64,000 bases of DNA from Candidatus Woesearchaeota archaeon (GCA_964587005.1 CAZPJW010000002.1:12487-76486), one strand, 5' to 3'; counted from the stretch's first letter, positions 47,704 through 58,297 are shown. The notes: generated by a model not told the origin, from the sequence alone. Numbers and translations are program-made.

Positions 47704-48568
47704 ATAAAAACAAATTTCCCTTTAATATTGTGACTAAAAATGCTATCAGAAATGTTGGTGCAAAAGAGATGCCTTCTTTTATAGGGACTTCTTTGAAGTG
47801 TTTTTGAATTAATTCTATTTGAGATTTTTTTACTCCATGGACTGATGGAGAGTATATTAATTTATCTTCGGATTTTAATTTTGAAGTAATACAATCTCCT
47901 TCTCTTAATTTTTGAGTTGAGATAGTTTTGTACATAGTTGTTTTTTCTATAGCTTTTGTGAATACTAATAAGTAATTGAATAAAAGTAAGAGGAGAGAAA
48001 TTGATAGGACAAGTGTTCTTTCTGAATTTGTTTTTAATACAAAGAATCCGGCAATATTTATTAAAACCACCAATATCCAAATAATTTTTTCAAATTTCTT
48101 TGTTTTTTTTGATGAATATAATTCTTTGAAATTTTCCGCAAACTTTTTTCTGTTTATAATTGAAAGATATATTGCGTAGATTATTGTGTATACTGCTCCA
48201 ACTATAATCAAGTTTATGAAAAAATCTAAACCAAAATAATTTGTTGTTTTTGCCCAGATTAGTCCTTTAGTGAGCATAGGATATATTGGAATTAATGCTC
48301 CTAGTCCGGCCAGTAGCTTTGCATCTCCGCCCCCCCATTGTTTTGAGTAGTACATCAATCTGCCAACTATGAAAAATGCACCGAAGGTTAATAGACTAAA
48401 AAGCAGATAAGAATTATCGTTTGAGGTAAATGTTCTTAATGCGTTTACAAATATTCCGATGAACACAAATGAAAAATTCAGCGAGTCTGGAATTTCTTGA
48501 GTTTTTATATCTGATATTGTTGCTATTATAAGATAGATCAAAGCTAGAGAGATTATTATGAAATCCAT
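47684..48568 (-). CDS. Prepilin/preflagellin peptidase (A24)
   Basis: SDIKTQEIPD and GGGDAK aspartates; C-terminal FAPTF. Confidence 0.88.
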   Translation of the reverse strand: MDFIIISLALIYLIIATISDIKTQEIPDSLNFSFVFIGIFVNALRTFTSNDNSYLLFSLLTFGAFFIVGRLMYYSKQWGGGDAKLLAGLGALIPIYPMLTKGLIWAKTTNYFGLDFFINLIIVGAVYTIIYAIYLSIINRKKFAENFKELYSSKKTKKFEKIIWILVVLINIAGFFVLKTNSERTLVLSISLLLLLFNYLLVFTKAIEKTTMYKTISTQKLREGDCITSKLKSEDKLIYSPSVHGVKKSQIELIQKHFKEVPIKEGISFAPTFLIAFLVTILKGNLFLSILTPF

Positions 48569-48643
48569 GCATTTAAGGTAATTAGTGGAATTTATAAAAT
48601 TTAGTATGGAAAGTAATATAAATCTTTTTTTTGTAATCGTATT

Positions 48644-49051
48644 ATGTTTGTTGAAAAAGAATTGAAGAAGTTGGCCAAAGAAGTTTATTCTGAATTTTCT
48701 AAAAAATATAAAGTTAGTTGTGAATTTTCTTTTGTTAGTTTGGATGAGTTTTGGAAACTAGCAAAAAAGAGCAAGTTAGTACAGGATGATATCAGAAGAA
48801 AGATACCTTTGAAAGTGGGCGCATTGGTTGTTCATGGAAAAAAGGATAGAATATGCTTGAATGTTGAAGTTTTAAATCAGATTACCAATAACCCTAATTT
48901 TGTAAAGGCCATAATGTTTCATGAGCTTTCTCATGTTTATTTGAAAGGAAAAGTTATGCAAGACAGCTTAAATGAGGGAATTAAGTCCGAAAATAGGGTG
49001 GAATCTTTTGTTCAAGAGAAATTTCCCAAATATTCAAAATACCTCGTTTAA
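48644..49051 (+). CDS. Small zincin-like protein
   Basis: HELSH motif. Confidence 0.55.
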   Translation: MFVEKELKKLAKEVYSEFSKKYKVSCEFSFVSLDEFWKLAKKSKLVQDDIRRKIPLKVGALVVHGKKDRICLNVEVLNQITNNPNFVKAIMFHELSHVYLKGKVMQDSLNEGIKSENRVESFVQEKFPKYSKYLV

Positions 49052-49089
49052 CAGAAAAACTTTTAAACTAAATTAGGGTTTTTAAATTA

Positions 49090-50250
49090 ATGTTCTTGCT
49101 AAATAAAAAGGGAAGAGATCCAACAGTAGAAGGATTGATATTTTTGATTGGAATTATGATAGTTCTTTATACTTTGATTTTGCCTCCTTGTGATAAATGT
49201 AGGTTGCTTGGGAGAGATTGTCCGGTAACTTGTGATGAAGTTGAAAGTGGAAGTGTTTTATTATTAGAAAGTCCTGGGGATGTTGGTGAAGTTGAAGATG
49301 ATAATGTGAGACATGTTTTTGATTCTGCGAACCTCTTTTCAAAGAGTGGGCCAGAAAGTAGTATCTTATCCAACTCCCTTATGATAAAAAATAGTTTATT
49401 TGGTACGTTAGATCAAGATCTTGAGTTTTCTTTAGATGACTTAGAGAACTTGAAAGAATTTACTTTGGATTTTGCAGTTGTAGAGGCCAAAGGAAATTTA
49501 ATGATTTATTTAAATGGAAAGGAAATTTTTAATGAGCATATTGCTCCTAATAATGTTAAGAGTGTTCGTATTCCTGTAGAGTATTTGGAAGAGGAAAATA
49601 CTCTTACTATGAGTGTTAATCCTCCGGGGTTTGCTTTTTGGACATCGAATAAATATTATTTGAAAGACATTATGTTAATTAAAGGATTTGAGTTGACTCA
49701 TACTTCTGAAGTTTTTGACTTTTCTGTAGGTTCTTCTGAGAGAAGTGCTATTAAAGATTCTGAATTGAGGTTTTATGTTTATTGCAAAGGCGAGATGGGC
49801 CAGACAAATGTATTGAAAGCATACTTAAATGAGAATTTATTATATAGTGAATTATTGGCTTGTATTAATGAAAATTTTAAAGTAGAAATTGACGAAGATT
49901 ATTTTGAATCTGGAACTAATCAACTAGAGTTTAGTGTTAGCGGCGGAGATTTCTTGGTTACTGATATAGAGATATTTAATGAAGTTGAAGGGAAAGTTTA
50001 TCCTTCCTATACTTTTTATATTAGTGATTCTATTTATGAAGAAGATTATGATTACTACTTATTTTTGGATATGTATGGGGATGAGAAGATTGCTGATATA
50101 ATAGTTAATGATGATATTTTGAGTCTTGATACTGATACGAGTTTAAAGGAGTATGATCTGACTAACATTCTAAAGGAAGGAAATAACTTTATTGAGATAA
50201 GGCCATACACTGATTTTAGTATTGACACTCTAAAAATTGGGTATGTATAA
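49090..50250 (+). CDS. Class III signal peptide surface protein with beta-rich repeats
   Basis: NKKG/RD + TM; repeated (YL/V)N....G.N.L.F/I units. Confidence 0.65.
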   Translation: MFLLNKKGRDPTVEGLIFLIGIMIVLYTLILPPCDKCRLLGRDCPVTCDEVESGSVLLLESPGDVGEVEDDNVRHVFDSANLFSKSGPESSILSNSLMIKNSLFGTLDQDLEFSLDDLENLKEFTLDFAVVEAKGNLMIYLNGKEIFNEHIAPNNVKSVRIPVEYLEEENTLTMSVNPPGFAFWTSNKYYLKDIMLIKGFELTHTSEVFDFSVGSSERSAIKDSELRFYVYCKGEMGQTNVLKAYLNENLLYSELLACINENFKVEIDEDYFESGTNQLEFSVSGGDFLVTDIEIFNEVEGKVYPSYTFYISDSIYEEDYDYYLFLDMYGDEKIADIIVNDDILSLDTDTSLKEYDLTNILKEGNNFIEIRPYTDFSIDTLKIGYV

Positions 50251-51665
50251 TGTGGAATCCGTTTAAATCAAAAGAGCAAAAAAAGAAAGAAGAATCAGAT
50301 AGGATGACTGAGAAGCTTGATAGAGAGTTTAATGCTAGCCAAAAGAAAAAAAGAAAATCTGGGAAGGGGTTTGATTTCAAATTGTCTCCAAGTTGGATAT
50401 TTGCTATTTTGTTTTTTATTTTAGGGGCAGTTCTTTTATTTGTGAATATCTGGATAGGAATTGCCTTTATTTTATTAGGCTTAATAGTGAAATTCTATAA
50501 GAGTTTTAGTTCGAGAGAAAGATTTAAGATGCTTAAGATGCTCGGCGGGGGATTTAAATTTACTATCTTGGTTATTGTAGTTGTTGGATTTATTTGGTTA
50601 GCTACTATTGGTTGGGACACTCCCTGGGTACAATCTAATATTGTTCCCACTTATGAAAATGTTAAATTGAAAGTTTCAGAATCTGGAGTTGGAGGATTTT
50701 TTTCTAAGATTTTGAATCCTGGAGATGAGCTAAGGAGATATGGCAGTTTTGAAGATGAAGTTTTGAAGAGAGAAGGTATTGGCGTAAAAATGAGCAAATT
50801 AGAATCTATTGAACCAAGATTTCCTTCTGGCGGGCCAATAACTGTTCAAAGTAAAATTGAGGCTGCTGGTATGTCTGATGAAAGTTCAGAAGTTTATTTT
50901 AAGTGTGAATTAGATACATATACGGGGAGTATAGGGATTGATCCTTATGGAAAGGATTCTGCAGCTATCTTGCCTCCAAGGGGGGATGAACTTGATCAAA
51001 CTATTAGATGCATATTTGAGGAAGGATTAGTTACAACTACAACTACAAATACTAAGACCGCCAAATTGACTGCTACTTTTGAGAGTTTTTTTGGTCAGGC
51101 TCTTTATCCGTTAGTTTTGACTAGTACAAAAGATTCTGCGGAAAAAGTGGATCTTAAAGAGTATTCCTCGGAGGAAACAGGGGTTTTTGTAAATAATATT
51201 GGTTATTCTATTGTTAGTCCGGGACCAATAAGGTTTGAAGTGGGCATCGATAAGGAGCAGCCATTTATTGATGAAGATATTGCTTTTTTAGAGGTCAATA
51301 TTCAAGTAGATAGTAGAATAGATTTAAATGAAGTTGATTCTTTGGGTTTGTTTGTTCCAAGCGAATATATTCAACTGAGAACTGGCGGTAATAGGTGTGA
51401 TTTTGAGCATGATGGGACATATGGGGAATTTGTTGTTTATAGGCCGAACGATGAGGCGCGTGAAAAATTAAATGAAGACTGTAAAACGAGAAGTTGTAAA
51501 AATTCAAAAAAAGATATTACTTTAAGTTGTTACTTTGATGTTGATAGTGGAGATTTAGAAGACGGAGATCTGATAGAATCTAGAAATATTCTTTTAGAAG
51601 CATATTATAGTTTCGATATTTATTCTACTACTCCCGTTACTGTTAGAAATGCTGCCCAAAGTTAA
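50250..51665 (+). CDS. Membrane-anchored extracellular protein
   Basis: N-terminal TMs, Cys-containing beta-rich ectodomain. Confidence 0.65.
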   Translation: MWNPFKSKEQKKKEESDRMTEKLDREFNASQKKKRKSGKGFDFKLSPSWIFAILFFILGAVLLFVNIWIGIAFILLGLIVKFYKSFSSRERFKMLKMLGGGFKFTILVIVVVGFIWLATIGWDTPWVQSNIVPTYENVKLKVSESGVGGFFSKILNPGDELRRYGSFEDEVLKREGIGVKMSKLESIEPRFPSGGPITVQSKIEAAGMSDESSEVYFKCELDTYTGSIGIDPYGKDSAAILPPRGDELDQTIRCIFEEGLVTTTTTNTKTAKLTATFESFFGQALYPLVLTSTKDSAEKVDLKEYSSEETGVFVNNIGYSIVSPGPIRFEVGIDKEQPFIDEDIAFLEVNIQVDSRIDLNEVDSLGLFVPSEYIQLRTGGNRCDFEHDGTYGEFVVYRPNDEAREKLNEDCKTRSCKNSKKDITLSCYFDVDSGDLEDGDLIESRNILLEAYYSFDIYSTTPVTVRNAAQS

Positions 51666-51705
51666 TTAGAAACATTTTTAAACATCTTTTCTTTTTTTAT
51701 AAAAT

Positions 51706-52623
51706 ATGAAATTTATAGAGGCGTACCTGATTTTAATTGTAGGTTTTGTTTTAGTTGTTTCTGGATGTGATGAGGGGCCCCAAACACAAGGGGCTATTGC
51801 TGAGGGAGTTAATTTTAATTTTGAGGAAGGTTATCCCGATAGCATTTTGACAGAAGGTGAAAATTTTAATGTTAATATAAAAGTTTTGAATAGTTTGAGT
51901 TCTCCAGTACCTTTTGAATTGTGTTTGTTTGGAGATAGGTCGGAATATTATGGGGGGGTTCCTGTAAAAGGAATTTGTAAAGAAGGTTTAACTGTAGATC
52001 AGTCTTATAAGAATAATCAGGGAGTAATTTATCCTTCTACTGTTGATGTTATATTTCCTTCTGCAGGAGAGTCTTTTTCTTATCTGAATCTTGATAAAAC
52101 AGTTAGTTTTACTAATCTTCGAGCTAACTTGAAATATTCTCTTGATACCGAGAGTAGTTTGGATGTTTGTGTTTTAAGTGGAAGAGATTATGAGTCTACG
52201 GGAGATTTCGAATGTTTGCCAGAAGAAACTTTTCTTGGGCAGGATATTTCTCAAGAATCTGCGCCACTGGTTGTTTCTAAAGTCGAAAAGAGTGTGAGGA
52301 GTATTGGTGGTCAACCTCAAATGAAGGTTTTTATTACATTGAGCAAGGCTTCAAATGGAGAAATTGTGAAAAAAGATGAGCAAGGCTTAGATTTGGTTGG
52401 CCTGAATGTTTTTTTGAGAGGTACAGATTCTGAATTTATATGTAAGAATCAAAGATCTGGAGGAGTAGTATTTAGAGAAGGTGATTCTATTGAATGTAGG
52501 GCAGATTTAAATTTGGGCGGAAATGAAAACGTATATAAAGATAGCTTAGTAATAGGATTATCATATGAGTATATGTTGGAAAAAATCAAGAGGATAGATT
52601 TTGATAAGGGTTGGGAGGAATGA
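51706..52623 (+). CDS. Putative lipoprotein
   Basis: Lipobox-like VSGC; related to the next gene. Confidence 0.65.
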   Translation: MKFIEAYLILIVGFVLVVSGCDEGPQTQGAIAEGVNFNFEEGYPDSILTEGENFNVNIKVLNSLSSPVPFELCLFGDRSEYYGGVPVKGICKEGLTVDQSYKNNQGVIYPSTVDVIFPSAGESFSYLNLDKTVSFTNLRANLKYSLDTESSLDVCVLSGRDYESTGDFECLPEETFLGQDISQESAPLVVSKVEKSVRSIGGQPQMKVFITLSKASNGEIVKKDEQGLDLVGLNVFLRGTDSEFICKNQRSGGVVFREGDSIECRADLNLGGNENVYKDSLVIGLSYEYMLEKIKRIDFDKGWEE

Positions 52624-53552
52624 AAATGAGGAAATATTTATTGGTTGTGGCTTTTTTGTTTACATTACTTATTGTTGGTTGTACTGAGCAAGATGTAGAA
52701 GAAAATGAAAGTCCATATATTGGTGGATTTGCAGGGATGAGTATTGCCTTTGATCCTACTGCGCCTTTGGCAGAATTTACACAAGATGATGTTGTGGATG
52801 TAAAAGTTAATTTGGTTAATAAAGGAGAATATGCAATTCCGGCGGATTCTATAAAAGTGAAATTGTATGGTTTATCTCCTGAAGAGTTTAACACTTTGAG
52901 TTTTGATTATGCTAATGTTCCTGGAGGATTGTTTGCTGCCGAGAAAGATATATTTGATGAGGGTGGGCAAGTTTCGGTAGATATGGGACAAATTGATTAT
53001 AATGGATTAATAAGTAATTATATTGAAAGGGAATTATATGCAAAGGTTTGTTACCCTTATGAAACTAAGTCTAGTGTTGAGACCTGTATAACTTCTAGAA
53101 GGACTGAAGAAGCAGGTAATGATGTTTGTGACTATACCGGCGAAAAGATAAAGGACGGTTTTGTTTCTGGTGGCCCAGTCCAAATTACAAGTTTTACACA
53201 AGAACCACGTGGAGTTAATCAAATGGTTTTTAAAATAAATTTACAAAACCAAGGATTTGGAGAGGCATTTAGTAAGGATGCTGAATGTGGGACTTATGAA
53301 ACTGCTGTTGGAAAATTGCAAAATGAAGGTAAGATTTTTGTTAAGTTGGCTCCAGTGAATATTTTATGTAGTTTTAGTGATGGCCAATTTAATGAGGGAT
53401 TTATTACCTTAGAGGGAAATGCGGAGAAGGTTTTGGTATGTACCATGGACGTGCCCGAAGATTCTCAATATGTCCAGACTGTGGAAGTTGCAGCTAACTA
53501 TAACTATGTGGATAGCACTTCAACAAATATAAAAATTTTAGGTAATCAATAA
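52620..53552 (+). CDS. Putative lipoprotein
   Basis: IVGC lipobox; CYPYET, GPVQI, YNY. Confidence 0.65.
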   Translation: MKMRKYLLVVAFLFTLLIVGCTEQDVEENESPYIGGFAGMSIAFDPTAPLAEFTQDDVVDVKVNLVNKGEYAIPADSIKVKLYGLSPEEFNTLSFDYANVPGGLFAAEKDIFDEGGQVSVDMGQIDYNGLISNYIERELYAKVCYPYETKSSVETCITSRRTEEAGNDVCDYTGEKIKDGFVSGGPVQITSFTQEPRGVNQMVFKINLQNQGFGEAFSKDAECGTYETAVGKLQNEGKIFVKLAPVNILCSFSDGQFNEGFITLEGNAEKVLVCTMDVPEDSQYVQTVEVAANYNYVDSTSTNIKILGNQ

Positions 53553-53583
53553 CTTTATTAATTTCTTTCTTTTTCTTATTAAA

Positions 53584-54138
53584 ATGAGTCTAAAGAACAC
53601 CATAACCGATTTGAAAGAAGTTGCTAAGAATCATGAGCTTTATGAAAATGTTCTGAAAACTAATGGTAATATTGTTATTTTTAGGGGGAACTTGGATAGA
53701 CCAGATTATTTATTCATTGGGGAGGCACCGGGCAATGATGAAAATAAACAAGGAATTCCTTTTATTGGTAGGAGCGGGAAACTTTTGGATGGTTGGACTG
53801 AATCTAGCGGCATTGATAATTTCGCAGTAATCAACACAGTCCCAATAATTCCATTTGATTCGGCCGGAAAAATTAGAAAACCAACTAAAGAAGAAATTAA
53901 ATATTTTAAACCGTATGTTGATTCTTTTATCAAGGAAATTAATCCAAAAAATATTATTTGTCTTGGAAAAAGTGCCTTAGAGTATATGGATTTGAAGTTG
54001 GAAAATACTTTTTGGAAAGGAAATATTGGATTTATTTATCATCCCGCTTTTTATTTGAGAAGGGGTCAAAAGGGAACTGAAGATTTTGTTAAGTTAATTA
54101 GAAATAAAGTTGATCAAAAAGGACTTGGAGAGTTTTAA
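53584..54138 (+). CDS. udg: Uracil-DNA glycosylase, family 4-like, without Fe-S cysteines
   Basis: IGEAPG..E...G.PFIGRSG, YHPA, PIP-like QKGLGEF. Confidence 0.88.
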   Translation: MSLKNTITDLKEVAKNHELYENVLKTNGNIVIFRGNLDRPDYLFIGEAPGNDENKQGIPFIGRSGKLLDGWTESSGIDNFAVINTVPIIPFDSAGKIRKPTKEEIKYFKPYVDSFIKEINPKNIICLGKSALEYMDLKLENTFWKGNIGFIYHPAFYLRRGQKGTEDFVKLIRNKVDQKGLGEF

Positions 54139-54290
54139 ATATCTTTTTTTGCTAATCTTCTATATTTTCCGTATTTGTCTTCTGGAGAATATTTTGCCGG
54201 TTTTGGATTGATTGTTTTTGTTGAACATTTTGGACATTTGTCTTTTAAAGTGTAAGTAGAACATTTTGGACACTTTAATATCTTTTTCAT
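54135..54290 (-). CDS. nop10: H/ACA RNP protein Nop10
   Basis: Manual translation MKKILKCPKCSTYTLKDKCPKC...PAKYSPEDKYGKYRR. Confidence 0.92.
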   Translation of the reverse strand: MKKILKCPKCSTYTLKDKCPKCSTKTINPKPAKYSPEDKYGKYRRLAKKDI

Positions 54291-55060
54291 TTTAATCTTT
54301 CGAAGGAGATTTTGATTTCTTTTTCTTCTGCCATCTTTTTGGCATCTTTATTTAATTGTTCAAGAAGTCCTTCTGCTGTTTTATAATCTGATGCTTTTAT
54401 CGTAAGCTTATATTTTGGAGCACTTACGTATGATATTTTTATATCCCCTTTTTGTAGTTTTATTAATAGCTTCTTTATTATTTCAATACCGTCTGGTTTT
54501 CCAGATGTAAGTTCGATTATTTCCCTTACCTCTACTTCTGGTTTTTTTATTTTTTGTTGTATTATTTTTTGTACTAATTCAGTTATTTTTTTTGGCAGTT
54601 TTAATTTTGTTAGTGAATCTGAATCAAGCGAAAAATTTTCAAACGCCGATGTTAATGTGCCATATTCTTCTATTAATTTAAATCCTATGTCTTTGTAACT
54701 TTGTGAAAGATCTTTATCTAATTCCTTTCCTATTATTTCCAAAATTTTTTCTGATTTTTGTTCTTGTTTGCTTTCTTGTATTTTGTTTACTTTCTGACTA
54801 TTGTTTACTCGCCTTATTGATAAATCAATATGCCCTCTCTCTTTATCTATTTTTAGAACTTTGCAGACTATTTGTTTTCCTTCCCGAACATAGTCTCTTA
54901 TATTTCTTATTCTTCCTGGAGAAATTTCTGAGATATGTAGCATTCCTTCGAGACTTTCGTATTCATCTATGGTAACAAAAACAGAATGGTATAGAATTTT
55001 TTTTACAGTACAGAGTACTATTTCTCCTTCTTCAGGTTTACCTTTTTTCTTATAAAACAT
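54287..55060 (-). CDS. eif2a: Translation initiation factor 2 alpha
   Basis: S1 domain HISEIS, GHIDLS, SAPKY. Confidence 0.95.
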   Translation of the reverse strand: MFYKKKGKPEEGEIVLCTVKKILYHSVFVTIDEYESLEGMLHISEISPGRIRNIRDYVREGKQIVCKVLKIDKERGHIDLSIRRVNNSQKVNKIQESKQEQKSEKILEIIGKELDKDLSQSYKDIGFKLIEEYGTLTSAFENFSLDSDSLTKLKLPKKITELVQKIIQQKIKKPEVEVREIIELTSGKPDGIEIIKKLLIKLQKGDIKISYVSAPKYKLTIKASDYKTAEGLLEQLNKDAKKMAEEKEIKISFERLK

Positions 55061-55062
55061 CG

Positions 55063-55245
55063 TTATTCGAGGATTTCAAGTGCAGTTGTTAGTATTTCTG
55101 CTTTTCCGCCCTTTGGCTTTGCTAGAACTTCTCCACAAACTAAACATTTTACTTCAGTGGATGCCTTTTCGAAGATTATTTGCTCGTTCTTACATTTACT
55201 GCATCTTACTTTTATGAATTTTGATTTTGGTTGGTTTAATTCCAT
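55063..55245 (-). CDS. rps27e: 30S ribosomal protein S27e
   Basis: SKFIKVRCSKCKNEQIIF...CLVCG..LAKPKGGK. Confidence 0.95.
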   Translation of the reverse strand: MELNQPKSKFIKVRCSKCKNEQIIFEKASTEVKCLVCGEVLAKPKGGKAEILTTALEILE

Positions 55246-55246
55246 T

Positions 55247-55558
55247 TTATACAAATTCTACCTTTTTTGATCTTCTTTGTTGCAATAATTTTGATTTACT
55301 ACATTCATTACAAGTCAATTTTAATGCTATTTTTTTACTTGTTTTTGAACCTGATCTTTTCCATTTAGTTACTGCAGGTCTTGACCCATAATTTCCTAAA
55401 TTTCCATATCCTGTACCTAATCCTCTTTTCTTTGCTCTGTCAATTGATCCTCTTTTTAATGCTCCCCTCTTTCCAGTTGTCTTGTTCTGACTAGATTTGT
55501 GCTCTGTGTGCTTCTTACACTTTTTGCAATATGATTTTCTAGTTTTTGGTGTTTTCAT
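55247..55558 (-). CDS. rpl44e: 50S ribosomal protein L44e
   Basis: YCKKCKKHTEH...KTSKK..LKLTCNEC. Confidence 0.93.
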   Translation of the reverse strand: MKTPKTRKSYCKKCKKHTEHKSSQNKTTGKRGALKRGSIDRAKKRGLGTGYGNLGNYGSRPAVTKWKRSGSKTSKKIALKLTCNECSKSKLLQQRRSKKVEFV

Positions 55559-56183
55559 TTTTTTCTTCAACTTGATTTTTTTTGATTAATAATGTTGTTA
55601 TATCTTCTGGAAGTTGAGCAATATCTCCTTTTTCGTATGGTCCGTAATTGTTTAAATCGGTACCAACAAATTTGGACATTTTTTGTTTAAAAACAACTTC
55701 CTTAGCTTGGTTTTTAGGATTTTCGACCTTTTTTAAGTCTTTTGGTTCTTTTTTCACTGTAACTGTCTCGATGAGTTTTCCGAGGATTACATTGTGGAGT
55801 ATTTCTACTCTGAATTTGTCTAAGTTTTGTATTACCTTATCATAGACTTTTTTTTCTAAATTCAGCATAAATTTCTTATCATTAGTAGAGGATTTTGTTC
55901 TTGAATTTATTAATGCTATTTGGATTATTTTTGATTCTCTTTTTTCGTATAGTTCTTTTGTTATTTTTTGGATGTTTTCTATTTGTTTTCTTGTTTTTTG
56001 AACTTCTATTGTTGTGAAAATAGAGTCCTTTTGTTCTTGAGACTTTAATATCTCATATTTTTCTTTTATGTAGTTTACAAGTTTTTGATAGAATAATGGA
56101 TCCAATTCTTGTAGTTCTGCCCTATTTTTTTCCCTTCTTAGTATTTCATATAGAGTTTCATAAGTAATGTTTATTTCTGTCAT
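55539..56183 (-). CDS. GINS complex protein (Gins15-like)
   Basis: LQELDPLFY, ERRxxKI-like EKRESKI, FVGTDLNNYGPY B-domain; conserved context next to rpl44e. Confidence 0.8.
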   Translation of the reverse strand: MTEINITYETLYEILRREKNRAELQELDPLFYQKLVNYIKEKYEILKSQEQKDSIFTTIEVQKTRKQIENIQKITKELYEKRESKIIQIALINSRTKSSTNDKKFMLNLEKKVYDKVIQNLDKFRVEILHNVILGKLIETVTVKKEPKDLKKVENPKNQAKEVVFKQKMSKFVGTDLNNYGPYEKGDIAQLPEDITTLLIKKNQVEEKNENTKN

Positions 56184-56260
56184 AATTATGAGATACAGTG
56201 TTTATTATTAAATGTTTTGTAAAGGAAAAGTTTTTAATTGTTTAAAATAAAAATTTGTTT

Positions 56261-56839
56261 ATGTATAGATATATTTATTTGTTTAGGCATGGGATGACTA
56301 AGGATAACTCCAGAGGCAAGTTTTCAGGGTTTAGACAGACTTCTTTGACAACAAGGGGAAGAGAAGATGCTAAGATTGTTGCTTTAAGGCTGAAAACTAA
56401 AAAGATCCATTTAGCCTATAAAAGTTCATTAAAGAGATCTGATCAAACGTTAAGAGAGGTTTTGAAGTTTCATCCAGAGTGCAAGAGTGTTATTACTGAT
56501 GATAGGATTATTGAGAGAAACTATGGAAATGTAACTGGGATGACACATTATGATTATATTAGAAAAAATAGCCCTAAGAAATATGATGGTTTTCATAGGG
56601 GGTATAAAATACCTCCTCCTGGCGGAGAATCTATCTTTGTTGTTGAGAAGAGGGTTAAAAGTTTGATTAAAGATTTGATTAAAATAATCAGAAAGAATAA
56701 AATTAATGTGGCAGTGTCTGCCCACGGTAATTCTATGAGGCCCTTCAGAAGATATTTTGAAAAACTTTCTGTTGATCAAATGATGAGTTTAGAAAATCCA
56801 TATGATAATATTTTTGAATATAAAATTAAAGTGAAATAG
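56261..56839 (+). CDS. Histidine phosphatase / phosphoglycerate mutase family
   Basis: RHG, ERNYG, PPGGES, AHGNSMR. Confidence 0.88.
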   Translation: MYRYIYLFRHGMTKDNSRGKFSGFRQTSLTTRGREDAKIVALRLKTKKIHLAYKSSLKRSDQTLREVLKFHPECKSVITDDRIIERNYGNVTGMTHYDYIRKNSPKKYDGFHRGYKIPPPGGESIFVVEKRVKSLIKDLIKIIRKNKINVAVSAHGNSMRPFRRYFEKLSVDQMMSLENPYDNIFEYKIKVK

Positions 56840-57728
56840 TCATAAAGTCTTTTGCTGCTATCGTTTTTGGAAAAACTTTTTTTGCTTCTTTTACTAATGG
56901 GGTTGAGGATTTATACCTTCTTCCAATATGGGTTAAAATTAATTTTTTCACTTTTGCTTTTTTTGCTATTTCTGCGGCCCGTTTTGCAGTGGTATGCTTT
57001 CTTTTTTTTGCTATGTCTTCTAAATTTGAGGAATAGCTAGATTCCATGATTAAAACATCTGAGTCCTTTGTTACTTTTTCTAGTTTTTTTGTAGGATAAT
57101 TATCCAAGATTATTGAGATTTTTTTCCCAGGAATTAAGGTTGTTGCGTCTTTTGCTAGGATTTTTTGTTTTTTGTATGTTATGTTTTTCCCTTTTTGTAA
57201 TTTGCCAAGAAGGGGGTCTCTAGTTAGGCCAAATTTCTTTAGATAATTCAGTTTCATCTTTCTTTTATCTTTTTCTTTTATCACATACCCAAGAGTTGGG
57301 CAAGAATGTTTTAGATTTGTTGAATAAAACTCTAGATCTTTTGTTTTTAGGAATAAGCCCGGTTTTTCAATCTCATGAATTTTTATTTTTACTTTATCGG
57401 GTCTAACGAAAAAGCTAAACATTTTATTCATGAATTCTTTTGTTCCCTTTGGGCCATAGATTTCCAATGTTTTTGAGTATTCTAGAGATCCTAAAGTAAA
57501 CAATAGTCCTGGGATGCCCAATATATGGTCCCCATGCCAGTGAGAGATTAATATTTTTGTTATTTTTGTTGGTTTTATCTCTGCAATTTTTAATTGTCTT
57601 TGAGTTCCTTCTCCACAGTCTACTAAAATATTTTCATTTCCATGATTGAGTAGAATAGAAGTATGATTCCTATCTTTAGTTGGATGCATGTCCGAGGTCC
57701 CCAAAAATGTTATTTTCATAGATTTCAT
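56826..57728 (-). CDS. rnz: Ribonuclease Z
   Basis: FLGT, DCGEGTQRQ, SHWHGDH, LTH. Confidence 0.92.
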   Translation of the reverse strand: MKSMKITFLGTSDMHPTKDRNHTSILLNHGNENILVDCGEGTQRQLKIAEIKPTKITKILISHWHGDHILGIPGLLFTLGSLEYSKTLEIYGPKGTKEFMNKMFSFFVRPDKVKIKIHEIEKPGLFLKTKDLEFYSTNLKHSCPTLGYVIKEKDKRKMKLNYLKKFGLTRDPLLGKLQKGKNITYKKQKILAKDATTLIPGKKISIILDNYPTKKLEKVTKDSDVLIMESSYSSNLEDIAKKRKHTTAKRAAEIAKKAKVKKLILTHIGRRYKSSTPLVKEAKKVFPKTIAAKDFMTISL

Positions 57729-57769
57729 TTAAAGAAAGGTTTTTAAATAATTTTTCCTTTTTGTTTTTC

Positions 57770-58297
57770 ATGAAAGATACAATAATCGGAGAGTTTGAAG
57801 AGTTAAATGTAGTGGCAGAGGATAATGCTAAGTCTAGATCTGTTTATGATAAAGGGAGATTTGGAGAACTAAAGCGAGGAAAATTTAGATATTCTTTGGC
57901 TGAAGCTCTTTTTTTGATTGAGAAAGGTTTGCTGAAAGTTGTTGATGGAAGAAAGAAAGAAATGTCTGAGGAGTCCTTTGTTAGGAAAGCCAAGAAGTTA
58001 GAATCAAAGTTTTTGATTAAATATGGTGCATATAAGGATATGAGGTCTAGAGGGTATATTGTGAAGACTGCATTAAAGTTTGGTGCGGATTTTAGGATTT
58101 ATGATAGGGGCGTTAAACCTGGAGAAGATCATGCTAAGTGGGTTCTTTATGCAGTGCATGAATCGGAAGGGTTTAGTTGGCAAGAATTTAGTGCAAAAAA
58201 TAGAGTTGCACATTCTACTAGGAAAAACTTACTTATTGCAATTATTGATGATGAGGGAGATGTTACTTATTATCATATTGAATGGAAGAGGCCATAA
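57770..58297 (+). CDS. endA: tRNA-splicing endonuclease
   Basis: KTALKFGADFRIY, H, RVAHSTRK. Confidence 0.92.
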   Translation: MKDTIIGEFEELNVVAEDNAKSRSVYDKGRFGELKRGKFRYSLAEALFLIEKGLLKVVDGRKKEMSEESFVRKAKKLESKFLIKYGAYKDMRSRGYIVKTALKFGADFRIYDRGVKPGEDHAKWVLYAVHESEGFSWQEFSAKNRVAHSTRKNLLIAIIDDEGDVTYYHIEWKRP

